DNA of 64,000 nt, taken from the NCBI GenBank assembly GCA_043228905.1, contig JBHGNT010000007.1:14012001-14076000 (forward strand), written 5' to 3'. Shown piece by piece: positions 38,700-50,800 of the stretch. This DNA comes from Azolla caroliniana. Its lineage: Eukaryota > Plantae > Polypodiophyta. The position numbers and the translations under genes were made by a program. Each line of letters starts with the position of its first letter. Within the stretch, counting starts at the first letter, position 1. Under the pieces are notes generated by a model. It ran no database searches and was not told the DNA's origin. It saw only the letters and a list, made by a program, of their open reading frames with translations.

Positions 38700-38948
38700 T
38701 TGGATATGATTGTTAGCTTAGGGATTTTGCTAGGGTTTTATGAAGTTTTACTATCCTGTTGGACAAGTAAAACCTCAGATTGGTTGTTGCTTGATCCACA
38801 TTATGTAATGGAACTCTATGATGTTTTTCCAAGATAATTTGAAGAGTGTTGTTCTATGACTGAAACTCTTTGATGTTCAGGATATTGTTTTGTGAGACTA
38901 GTAGTTACTTTGTGAGTGTGAATATGTTGGTGTTTTCTGATGTTGCAG

Positions 38949-39964
38949 AGTCTAAAGGGTTTGATTCTATTGCTCGTAAGGCCAATGGCAGTGTGGATAC
39001 TGTTGATGTTGCGGCATGTTTAAAGGGCCCCATCTTGAAAGTAGATGTAGCAACTGACACAAGTGATTTGGTCACACAAGTTGATCAAGCATGTAGCACG
39101 GATGACTTGGTGTTGCAGGTAGATGCAGCATGTAGCACGGATGACTTGGTGTTGCAGGTAGATGCAGCATGTGATACCAGTGGACTGATATCGAGCAAAA
39201 CAATAGCTACATGCACTGAGGTAATCCAAGGATTGATAACTAAGTCGACAAAACAAGAGCACCAGAATGTGAAGCTAGGCCCAACACAGTCGACTAGGGG
39301 TTTAAAGAGGAAAAGGACACCAGTTGTGTCAACCGAACTTGAGCTGATTGAGATTGATCGTATCCTACCAGAAAATGGTGTAACAGCGGCTCAGTTTCAG
39401 GAATGGAAACCTAAACCACTAGAAGTCGAGCGAAGAGCCTTGATCTTGGAGCTGGATAAAGTCTTGATGAGTGTGAGATATATGCAGCCAAGGAGGGATG
39501 CAAATCAGTTTCTAGAGTGGGCTGTGGAGTATTTCGATTTGTTTATTTGGAGTGAAAAACCAAAATCAGATGTGTGGAAGTGTTTGGCAAGATTCTTCCC
39601 AAAATGGCGAAGTCGTTTTAAAGGTCAATGGGCACGAGAAAATTGTGAGCAGATGGAAGCTGCAAGATTCAAGAGGCTTTCTGATTTTTGGGCTACTTGG
39701 CTTGAATATAATGCTGACAATACATTGATTTTGGATACAGAACATTTCCGACACTACTTCAATATTCGGAGATGCTGTCTCATTCTACCCGAGGAAATGC
39801 ATGAACAGTACCTGGTGCAAACAGTGAGCTGCCAACTAGGTGCATGGTTGTGGACTCCATACCGAGCTCAATATGCGGATAATATATGTAGACTCGTTCC
39901 ACTGACTAGCAAGAGCTTAGCTGTTTATAGGAGATTTGTAGACATTTCCAATGGTAATTTATAA
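38949..39964 (+). CDS. FCP1/SCP (NIF, HAD-like) phosphatase-like exon with degenerate catalytic motif; probable alternative last exon of the cargo gene
   Basis: ALILELDKVL..RRDANQFLEWAVEYFDLFIWS..KRLSDFW..NTLILD follows the NIF domain pattern, but DxDxT reads ELDKV. Acceptor ttgcag at 38948 is phase 1, like the donor at 36392. N-terminal 36-bp repeat (DLVLQVDAACST) x3. Confidence 0.62.
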
Positions 39965-40109
39965 ATATGTAAAGAGATGACATTATTCAATGAAGAATTT
40001 AATTACTTGTTCCCACTGTACTTATCTACTGTGTAATTTGAGGAATATGTTGCAGATTGTTGATTTCATTCTATTGATGACTATTTAGCTATTGACAGCT
40101 AATTAGCTG

Positions 40110-40878
40110 CATTTGTACAGCTAATTAGCTGCATTTGTACAGCTAATTAGCTACTGATGACTATTTCGCTATAACTTATAACTTAAAACTTAACAAAAAA
40201 GACATGATTTTATTGAGAAAGAAGCACAGAAAGCAGACTGTATACAAGAAATTGATTCCAAACGAATTTATTGATCTGTTTTCGCGAAATACATGTTTGT
40301 TTTACAAGAGAACATGGTAAGTGCTACTTGTAGCTACAAATTCCATGGCATACTATTGTAAATACATTTGTACAGCTAATTAGCTGCATTTGTACAGCTA
40401 ATTAGCTACTGATGACTATTTCGCTATAACTTATAACTTAAAACTTAACAAAAAAGACATGATTTTATTGAGAAAGAAGCACAGAAAGCAGACTGTATAC
40501 AAGAAATTGATTCCAAACGAATTTATTGATCTGTTTTCGCGAAATACATGTTTGTTTTACAAGAGAACATGGTAAGTGCTACTTGTAGCTACAAATTCCA
40601 TGGCATACTATTGTAAATACATTTGTACAGCTAATTAGCTGCATTTGTACAGCTAATTAGCTACTGATGACTATTTCGCTATAACTTATAACTTAAAACT
40701 TAACAAAAAAGACATGATTTTATTGAGAAAGAAGCACAGAAAGCAGACTGTATACAAGAAATTGATTCCAAACGAATTTATTGATCTGTTTTCGCGAAAT
40801 ACATGTTTGTTTTACAAGAGAACATGGTAAGTGCTACTTGTAGCTACAAATTCCATGGCATACTATTGTAAATACATT
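40110..40878. repeat. Tandem triplication of a 255-bp unit containing the transposase stop codon and 3' UTR
   Basis: Units start at 40110, 40365 and 40620 and look identical by eye. Confidence 0.92.
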
Positions 40879-43800
40879 CATACACATTAGCACCAACAGT
40901 GTATAAACCGGAGCAGCTATTGTATTCTGACATTGGGATGTTGATGCATCTGACCAAATGAGAGTACATATACGCCGCTGGTTTGTCTTCTAACAGCCTG
41001 TACACATATTCGTAGTCATCTAGTTTTGCATAAAAAATGCCTTCGATGTAGAATGTCCCGGCAGATACAAAATTTCCCCATGCATCTACAATATTCTGCC
41101 TTGCACACTGTTTACTAACCGTGCACTTTAATATATAGAAATCAGCACCCTCTGAATTGCCTTCTTCAGCATTTACAGCGAAGTTATCCCCAACGTTCAG
41201 GACATCACTCAAAGTATCTCCAAGTCCCTCATATGTGAAGTCAGCATTCTGCCCTGTTTCTCCATCAACTGCTTCCTTATCATTCAGAGTGTGATACTCC
41301 CAATTCTGAATGTATGCTTTGTTTAGACAATATCTCCAATTTCCCTGCACACAATGGAAGCAAAAACAAGTCAATTCTCTAACCGCAATACAATGACCAT
41401 CCAACCTGGAATAACCGCGAACACCATGCAGAGATCGCAATTCGGGAATTCCTTGGCACTCCCAGGTCTTCTCCCTATTTACTTCATCTATCTTCACTTC
41501 CCAAAATTCACGTTTGATATCTCGAACTTGCGAGGAATAAACACCTGTGGCACTCGTCGACATATTTGTTCTTAAAAATTCAACTACATGTGATGCACAA
41601 TTCATGTGCACACCATCTGTCTTTAGTTGTTCATGGGTAAGTGCCCGCTTTATAACAGCCCCTGCACCATCATGTTCACCTTTACCATGGCCAGACCCAA
41701 AAAAATTCCATCTCATCTCCAAACCTGTTATAGCAGGATACCTCCCCACAAAATAAAATGGACGTCGAGCCTTGAATTGTGACGCAGCTCCGTCAGACCA
41801 GACCCAATGTTGAGTAAGCTCCAAACGTTGAGCTAATAACCACTGCCAATGTAACTTAAAACAGTGTTGGACGAACAAGGTATCATGCTTCTTATCATCG
41901 GAAATAAAGAAATGAATTACTTTTTTAACATCACCTGAAACTCGAAAATATGTTATGTGCACAAAAATGGTTACCTGAACTGAACACCAATGCATAGATT
42001 GAATTTCATTCTGCTGCTTGAAAGTATAATTCTCTGCGAAATCTACTACTGAGACTACTACATCATTTGGGAAATCAGATATGCAAGTCTTAAACTGATG
42101 GGCCTGCCATGAATAAATGAAGTTGTGTTTAATGAACTTTCCTAGAGATACTACAAACAGAGACACCAAATCCCTTGGTTTAAGCATCTTCCGAACTAGA
42201 TCCTTTCTTTTACACACCTTTCCTTCGAAATTGGTGTTCACTGACTCAAATAACTTCACAGAGATCAATATTTCACTACTCAATTCATTTGGACACCACC
42301 TAAATCTAGTAGGGCCACAATCTTGACATAAACCCATGACACATTTATGAATATGGAAGATAGCGTCAGATTCTCTCGGACACAATATTGAATCTAATAA
42401 ATAACTCATGGAAGAGATAACGTGCTCAGATGATTTACACTCCTCTTGCGGGCTTGATCGACAGATTGGGCACCCACATGTGCAAACTGTATTAGTTAGG
42501 GATGCGCTATGGTGACGTAGTAGATTAACAGAGTCCTTCAGAAAACCCATCTGTACATGGTAAATGCAACAACATGTGTATCGATCCTTTAAGCGTCTCA
42601 CAAAGTGTGGCTTAAGAGACTCGAATGTTCGTAGTTGAACTTTGATAGTTGGATGCATTCGTTTGAACCTAATAAATAAATCGACTTGCGTAATAAAGGG
42701 GAATTAGTTATTCTCGTAACTAGCTAACTATCCTAGTAGCTAATTAGCTATTCTAGTAGCTAGTTAGCTATTCTAGTAGCTAATTAGCTATCATGGTAGC
42801 TAATTAGTTGTCCTAGTAGCTAATTAGCTATCATGGTAGCTAATTAGCTGGTATAGTAGCTAATTAGCTATCATGGTAGCTAATTAGCTATCACGGTGGC
42901 TAATTAGCTGTCTTAGTAACTAATTAGCTATCATGGTAGCTAATTAGCTGGTCTAGTAGCTAATTAGCTATAATGGTGGCTAATTAGCTATAATGGTGGC
43001 TAATTAGCTATCCTAACTAATTAGCTATCATGGTAGTAGCTATTGAGAGTAGCCAGTTACCTATGTAGTAGCTATCATAGTAGCTAATTAGCTATCATGG
43101 TAGCTAATTAGCTTTCCTAGTAGCTAATTAGCTGGTAATAACGAAATAGCTAACTAGCTACCATGATAGCTAACTAGCTAGCAGTACAGCTAATTATCTG
43201 GTAGTACCTAAATTAGCTATTGAGAATAGCTAATTAGCTATCATGGTAGTAACTATTGAGAGTAGCTAGTTACCTATGTAGTAGCGATCCTAGTAGCTAA
43301 CTGAGGTAAATGTAACTGATAAGCTAATTAGCTTTTCTGCTAACTGAGCTAATTAACTTTCCGAGTAGAGTCAAAACAAATGTTGAGATAAATGTAAATA
43401 CCTGAGGTACATCAAGAAGATGAATGGGATGCTCCTCGTATTGATTTCTTCCAACACGTTTCCTGCATAAATCCTTTTTATTGGGTGAAACCCTACTCTC
43501 ATTAGTCCAAAACATTGTGATTACATCCTTGATTTCAAATGTTATGGGTGTCATTGGCTTACATCTTGTAGTTAGCTTTAGTAGACTAGTTCCTTCACCC
43601 GAGGAAATTATACGGTTCATTGTATTGTACACTGTTTTTCTACTAACACCAATTACCTTAGATAGCTCACTGATGTTTATATCGTCAACATCACTATTAA
43701 GTAACATCATTAGACTAGACCTTTTTAAGACAAGATCATCTTCTGACCTGCTCATGGATACGAAACTATTACGAAGATTATTTACTAAAATAGATGATAT

Positions 43801-44100
43801 GTTTGCATTAAGACCATCACAATCAACTAAGTCCTTTATCGATGGATCATTACATATTCCATAAAGTACTACCTTCTTTTCTTCATTGCTGATGTGCTTG
43901 GTTTGAACATTGAAATAGTCTACAACCTTTCTCTCTATGATGGTAGTCGCATTACTTACATTCTCAGCTAAACTATCCTTACCTTTACTGAGTGTGGCTT
44001 TCGTATCCTTCAACAATTGACGATGTTTCCTTTTTTTTTCTGCCCAATAGTTTCGTATGGCTTGTTGTGTCCTGATAACATCACCTATCCTTATGATCAT
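40844..44100 (-). CDS. Sola2-like DDD transposase, two exons (44100-43402, 42685-40844; 846 aa); intron acceptor apparently mutated
   Basis: Motifs CCCIYH, VDFAENY..QNEIQSMHW..QVT, ISDDKKHD, WSDGAASQFK, FFGSGHGKGEHDGAGAVIKR. Donor CAG|GTATTT at 43402. In-frame VDLFIRFKRMHP starts at 42685 after cgcAA rather than cgcAG. Confidence 0.85.
42720..43352. repeat. TAGCTAATTAGCTA satellite filling the transposase intron
   Basis: 20-bp periodic tagctaattagctatcatgg-type units. Confidence 0.93.
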
Positions 44101-44484
44101 TGAGGGGTAATTCTAAACACCCTTCTTCCCCTTCCATTTGGCTAGACATGTTAAAACCCTAAATTTCCAGAAAAAAAAACAAGTATTAAAGATGGCTATG
44201 GGCAACAACAATACACAAAAATATTCCACACAATACACAAGATTAGACACAACAATACACAAGATAATCAATAGACAGAAAAGTTATTGCAATCCAAGAC
44301 CGAACAGTAGAGGATTTCACTCTGTTGGATCCAACAGTTGAGGAGGCGATCCAAGACCGACCAATGGCAACAACTGAGTGTAGAATGTTGCCGTTGGATG
44401 AGTGAACTCCGTCAAATCGAAATGTGGAAGCAATCCGGGACTGGACAGTAGTGGCAACTGAGTATAGAATGATGGCAATGGAGG

Positions 44485-45218
44485 AGAGAACCCCGTCAGA
44501 TTGAACAGTTACCGATGATGCTTGAAACGCACATAGAAGGCACTTGAGAATAGAGTGGCATAGAGAAGAGAACCCCGTCAGATTGAACAGTTACCAATGA
44601 TGCTTGAAACGCACAGTAGCGGCCCCTGAGTGAGAGTGGAAAAGAGAAGAGAACCCCGTCAGATTGAACAGTTACCAATGATGCTTGAAACGCACAGTAG
44701 CGGCCCCTGAGTGAGAGTGGAAAAGAGAAGAGAACCCCGTCAGATTGAATAGCTCTTTGATTATGCTTGGAACGCACAGTAGCAACCCCTGAGTGTAGAG
44801 TGGCAAAGAGAAGAGAACCCCGTCAGATTGAACAGCTCTTTGATGATGCTTGGAACGCACAGCAGCGGCCCCTGAGTGTAGAGTGGCACAGAGAAGAGAA
44901 CCCCCTCAGATTGAACAGCTCTTTGATGATGCTTGGAACGCACAGTAATGGCCCCTGAGTGTAGAGTGGCACAGAGAAGAGAACCCCCTCAGATTGAACA
45001 GCTCTTTGATGATGCTTGGAACGCACAGTAATGGCCCCTGAGTGTAGAGTGGCACAGAGAAGAGAACCCCGTCAGATTGAACAACTCTTTGATGATGCTT
45101 GGAATGCACAGTAGTGGCCCCTGAGTGTAGAGTGTCACAGAGAAGAGAACCCCGTCAGATTGAGCAGCTCTTTGATGATGCTTGGAACGCACAGTAGCGG
45201 CCCCTCAGTGTAGAGTGG
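44485..45218. repeat. 81-83-bp tandem repeat, nine copies, upstream of the transposase
   Basis: gaacccc anchors at 44488, 44570, 44651, 44732, 44815, 44898, 44981, 45064, 45147. Confidence 0.93.
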
Positions 45219-47840
45219 CGGCAGGTGGACTCGATAGGGTTTAGCAACAGTGGTAGCAACTAACCCACAGTATTCAACTAGAGATGGCCTACGTGATGTG
45301 GCAAAGGATCATGCATAATGGACCTAGGAATTCGATATATAATTTATGGTACACATTATGGTGCACACATCAATTTATGTTGCACATTTATGGCACTCAT
45401 TTACATATGTAATTAAAACACTCTAGTATTTTCAATGGTAGTTTTTTGCATACTTAATTTATTAATGATGGCTTTTTACTAAAATGACTATTTATCAATG
45501 GTAGCTTTTTGCATAGCTAATTAGCTATGTCAAGGACATAGCTAATTGTTTCCACTCGCATGCTTTCACCCATATATATTTTGCTCATTGTTTAGACGAT
45601 TATATCCAACTTTTATAAGAAAAGAGTGTAGTTTGTGATACCATATGTGTTGGCCGGTTAGGCCAGAGTATGAACGGGGAGCTGGTTTTGGGAGTTGTAA
45701 TTAGATAAATTATGATAATTATAAGATTGGACGAACGGACCCGGAATCTGTATGCCGATCCGGATTTGGACCGGTTCATAGCCGATTGCCAGTTGGCACC
45801 AGTTTGTAACACAACTGGATACCTATAAAAGGATCAGGAGACGATGTAATTAACAATGGATAATTAATAGAGAAGTCTTGTGGATTTACGTATTGTTTAT
45901 CTTGTTAATGTCGTTCTGTGCTTAATGTGATTATCATACACGTGTATCAAGTTAATCATTCCGGATAGTAACCAGCAAGGATCGGTTCTGTATTATGACC
46001 ACGATTCCTGCAAAAAGTGTAGTGAACAGCGAGGGAATGGATGAATAGACCGACGAACAACCTAGTGGCCGAGCGAGCGAGAAGACTCGCCGAGAGACTG
46101 CAGAAGCAGGAGGCTTACCAGCGGGGGAGGAGATCCAGTCGGATCAGTCTTTTTCTAGAGTGATTCGGTGGGTCCCGAAGGAGTCACTTCGATTGCAACA
46201 GAACCACCACCCGGACGAAGGAAGTAGTCTGAGTAGTCTGTAGAAAGCGGAGTCCATTTTGCAGCCACTTGCCGCAAGAGACGACGGTTCAGAAGCGTTC
46301 TCTGCCATCGAATCGGATTCAGACGACGAACATAACGTCCAATCGAATTATCATAGTAGCCATGATACCCCAGACGACCCGGAAGATGACGAGTCGGACC
46401 ACATATCGACACCGGAGCCAGAAATAACAAACCCGGAATCTCTGGACAAACCGACTGGCATGGACCAAGAGGAGGAGGAATGAGTTCCGACACCACCACC
46501 TGAGTCGTCAAAGGAACAAGAGGAGCAAGCTCCGACACCACCAAATCGGCAACAGGAAAATCACAAGGAAAGACCCCCGACACCACTAGACCGAGTTCCG
46601 ACACCGGTTCTGATAGCACAAGAAGATGACGAAATGCATTATCAATATCCGAAGTATTGGGATGACCCGGACGCGGAAGTCCGTGTATACGCGTTTCTCC
46701 AAACATGGGAGGCGAATCATGTCTCCCAATGACTGAACGAAGTAGAGGCAAAATGATCAAAAATTGCGGAATTTGGCATAACTTTGGAGGGACCCGCGGC
46801 ACGTTGGCACTCCAAGCACCTCCACGGTAGTATTGCCACGTTTGAGGATTTAAAGACTAGATTTCTACGCTTCTTCCATAGACAGGTGGATCAAAGAGAG
46901 ATTGTCAGCCAATTTTATACGACATGGTAGGACCCATCAGAAACCATTTAGTAGTTCATGATTCGATTCCAGAGAATGCATAGCCAACTTACCAGAGCAC
47001 CGTCGGAAGAAGAAGCGAAGGTGGTATTTTTGGCAGCGCTCCGAGAACCCCTCTGAACCGTATGTGGAGTCATAGATTTTTGGACGAGCACAATAGACCA
47101 AGTCATCGATCGGGTCATGAACATGGAGAAAACTAGTTCGTGGTTAACGATGGGGGCACTCCAAAGAGCACTCCCTACCAATGAGGACCTACGGTTTCAC
47201 CAGGCAATACAATGTACAACATGCCTTAATCCCGGGCACTCAACAGTAGAGTGCACGATGAGATCACAATGCATGCTATGCCATTCCCGGTCACACACAA
47301 TGGACCGCTGCAAGTACAACCTGCTAAATCGGCAAACTGCACCAATCCCGCACATCGAGAGATGAACGATCGGGAAGACGAAGAAGCACGATTTCGGCGA
47401 GACGATCGCTACCGACCGGTACAAGACGTCCGTACAGTGATCGACGGGACGATTATGACTAGGACCGGAGCGGGAGAAGCCGTGACTATAACATTGATCG
47501 TTATGATCGAGATTACTCCCCCGACTATAATCGGAGAAGACAGGATCAATGGGGAGACTATGGAGACCGGCGCCAGCAAGGATACCAGAACAACCAACAC
47601 TATAATAAAAAACAAAATGCTCAGAAAGAGGATCGTCGGGAACCGGCAAAGGATTGCCAACGAGAGCTGGATAAAAGCATAACTAGTGCTCAAACGGAAC
47701 AAAGAAGAGTAGAGGAGCGTAACCGAGCAGTATCCGGATTTCAACCGCGTAACATGCAAAACTTAGAGTCTAGCAGTACATGGAAGGCGTATTGCTACTA
47801 TTGTTGCCAGGAGGGACACTACAACAACCAATGTTCGGTA

Positions 47841-50800
47841 TGTTGGGAATAAAGGGCCATCGTGCCTTTTATTAGTGCACAAGTGTGAATGCACTCATAG
47901 CACACTTTTGAGTTGTATATACATAATATCTAAAAACCAAAAAAAGAGGTACACTCTTTTGTACCCAAGACAACGTGCATCTCTCTCTCTCACTCAGACT
48001 CTCTCCCTCTCTGTTTTTGACCTAAACCCTAATCCTCGTGCTGCCTTCAAACTGGTATCAGAGCCAAGGTTTAGGGTTTTATGCAGAGAAAAGTTTAGGG
48101 TTTTCTACAGGCAAAGTTTAAGGTTTTCTGTAGAGCAGAGATTAGGGTTTTCTACAGAGTAGAGATTAGGGTTTCTGCAGAGCAGGTCACGTTTTCTGCA
48201 GTGCAGGTTTGGTCCTCCGTTTGGGCTAAAATCATGACTAGTAGTAGTGAAAGTAGCCACCTTATGCACATCAAGAAGCTTGAGGGTGCACATAACTTTG
48301 CGGTTTGGAAAAAGCAGTGCTACAACATCCTGCTGCAAAAGAAGCATGCAAAGCCTATAAAAGTCAAAGGGGTAAAGCCTATAGATATGGACGAAGATGA
48401 TTGGCAAGAGTTGAATGAGCTTGCACGCTCGACTATTGAGTTGTCGATTTCTGATGCCTTACTTTTTAATATCAAAGGTTTGGACTCCGCTTATTCTATA
48501 TGGATTAGACTACAGGAACTGTATGCCCAAAAGACGATAGCTAGCAAAGTTTATTGGCTTAAGAAACTTATGGATTTGCGTATGATAGAGGGCACACCCA
48601 TGTCAACTCACCTGAGTGAGTTCAATTCCATTTTCAGCCAGTTGATTGCCTTGAAATTCATCATTGATGATGAGTTTAAGGCCACGTTTTTACTTTGCAC
48701 CTTGCCAGAAAGTTGGGATACTTTCAGGACTGCTATGAGCAATTCAAATGCGATGCTTCTTTATGCCGATGTAGAGAGTCCTCTACTCATGGAAGAGATG
48801 AGTCGGCAAAATAATGCATCCAATAAGTAAGTCCTCTAGTGCGTTGCATATGAGGGGTAGGTCACAACAAAGAGGCAAATCTGATAGTTATGGCCGTAGT
48901 AAATCACGTGGTAAAGATGTAGAATGCCATCATTGTGGCAAAAAGGGTCACTTCAAACGTGATTGTTTCAAATGGAAGAAAGAGAAAGGAAAGGGCAAGA
49001 AGATAGATGATTTCATAGAAGAAAAGAGAGACATTCAACCGAGGAAAGGCAATACTAAAAGTGAAGAGGTGAATGTAGTCACTCATGATAGTGATAATGG
49101 AAATGATGTACTCTTTGTTTCATCATTCCATAGAGAACATGTTTTACTTGCAGATACGGATGGTGACATGCAGACTTGGATACTCGATTCCGGTGCTTCT
49201 TTTCACGTCACCCCTCATCGTGAGTGGTTTTCAGATTACATAGGGGGTCGACATGGTGTTGTCCATCTTGGGGACAACTATGCATGTGAAATTGCAGGTA
49301 TTGGCACTGTGCAATTACAGTTTCAGCATGGTTCTGCTTTCACACTTCAGCATGTACGGCATGTACGGCATGTACCTCAGCTCAAGAAGAGCTTGATTAG
49401 TATAGGACAACTAGATGATGATGGATTTCACACAACCTTTGGTGATGGGAAATGGAAGATTTGTAAGGGATCTAGAGTTATTGCCAAGGGTAGTAAAAGT
49501 GATACTTTGTATCCTCTCCATGTATCTAGTTTGAGTGACCATGTTGTTGCCATAACCGAGCAGCCTAGTGTTTCTTTGTGGCATGGCCGGTTGGGACACA
49601 TGAGTGAAACTGGTATGAAAGTACTTTCTTGTTTGGGTTACTTGCCGTGTCTTCGTTATGCTGATTTTGAACATTGTGATCATTGCATTTATGGTAAACA
49701 TGTACAAACATATCATAAAAAGTCTCTTTCGCTGAAGTCGTCCTCGCTTGAGTTAGTACATTCAGATGTATGTCAGATGCCAGGGCTATCATTAGGGGGA
49801 AAGAAATACTTAGTCACTTTTGTCGATGATGCTACACGGAAGGTATGGGTTTACCCTATTCGTAGCAAGGATGAAGTGCTCGACAAATTTCGAACATTTT
49901 TGGCATTAGTTGAGAATCAAATTGATAAGACACTTAAGTGTCTTCGCTCTGACAATGGTGGGGAATATGTGTCCAAGGCTTTTCAAGCATTTTGTGACAG
50001 CAAAGGGATAAAGAGGGAACCCACCGCCCCTTATAATCCACCCCAAAATGGAGTTGCAGAGCGTATGAATCGGACTATTCAAGATAAGGTCCGTACTATG
50101 CTGTCTCATGTTGCGTTACCCCATGGTTTTTGGGCAGAGGCTGTTATGACAGTTGTTCACTTGATTAATCGGTCACCTAATAGGTCTTTGGGAGGGGGAA
50201 TACCCCAAGAAGCATGGTCGGACAAGCCACCTTCATATGCTCACTTGAGAGTGTTTGGCTGTGAGGCTTCTGTGCACATTCGTAAAGAACAACGTAACAA
50301 ACTTGAGCCAAAGTCCTGCAAATGTATTTTCCTAGGATACGGTGACGAGGGTGAAATGGGGTATAGATTGTGGGATCCAGAGAAAAGAAAAATAGTACGC
50401 AGCAATGATGTTATCTTCCGGGAAAATTGCATGCATAAACAACCCGAAAAGACTGAGGAAGTACGTAGGGTTGTATTCCGAGAAGAAATACCTTTTAGAT
50501 AGGAAAATGTGCCCGCTGTATAACAGCAAACACCTGCTATAAAATTACTTGCAAATGCAGAAAATGAGGTTGGAAATGATCATCCAGTCTTTGCCAATAA
50601 TGATGAGCCAACAAATGTGCAGGAACAGCTAGAACAACAAGTTGTGAATGTTGATTTGCAGGCTGAAATGCCTGGACTGCAAATTGAAAATGATGATTTG
50701 CAAGCTCAACAGCTACCAAACAATGAGCATTGGGTTAGGAGATTGTCTAGAGTTACTAGACAACCTGACAGATTTGTTCCTGATGCAAACAATGTGGCTG

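Larger units (their letters stand above)
34053..45571. mobile_element. 11,519-bp cut-and-paste DNA transposon, Sola2-like, carrying a cargo gene
   Basis: 25-bp TIRs GGGT(A/G)AAAGCATGCGAGTGGAAACA (34053-34077; 45547-45571, 1 mismatch) and 4-bp TSD ATAT (34049-34052 / 45572-45575). GGG termini, 4-bp TSD and a DDD transposase fit Sola2 as I recall it. Confidence 0.88.
32714..45647 (-). mobile_element. Ty1/copia element E, 3' half (LTR 32714-32946, RNase H and RT 32968-34052, RT continues 45572-45647), split by the Sola2-like element and cut by gypsy D
   Basis: PPT ttagggggag next to the LTR; RNase H SWKSKKQ..CDNQS; RT GVYVDD. The RT frame rejoins across the DNA transposon as WYHKLHSFLIKVGYNRLNNEQNI|YVRKYKSDF. 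Confidence 0.88.

Noticed and set aside
44485-45218. Regular 83-bp periodicity resembling a CRISPR array
   Set aside because: Whole units repeat with no unique spacers, there are no cas genes, and the context is eukaryotic.
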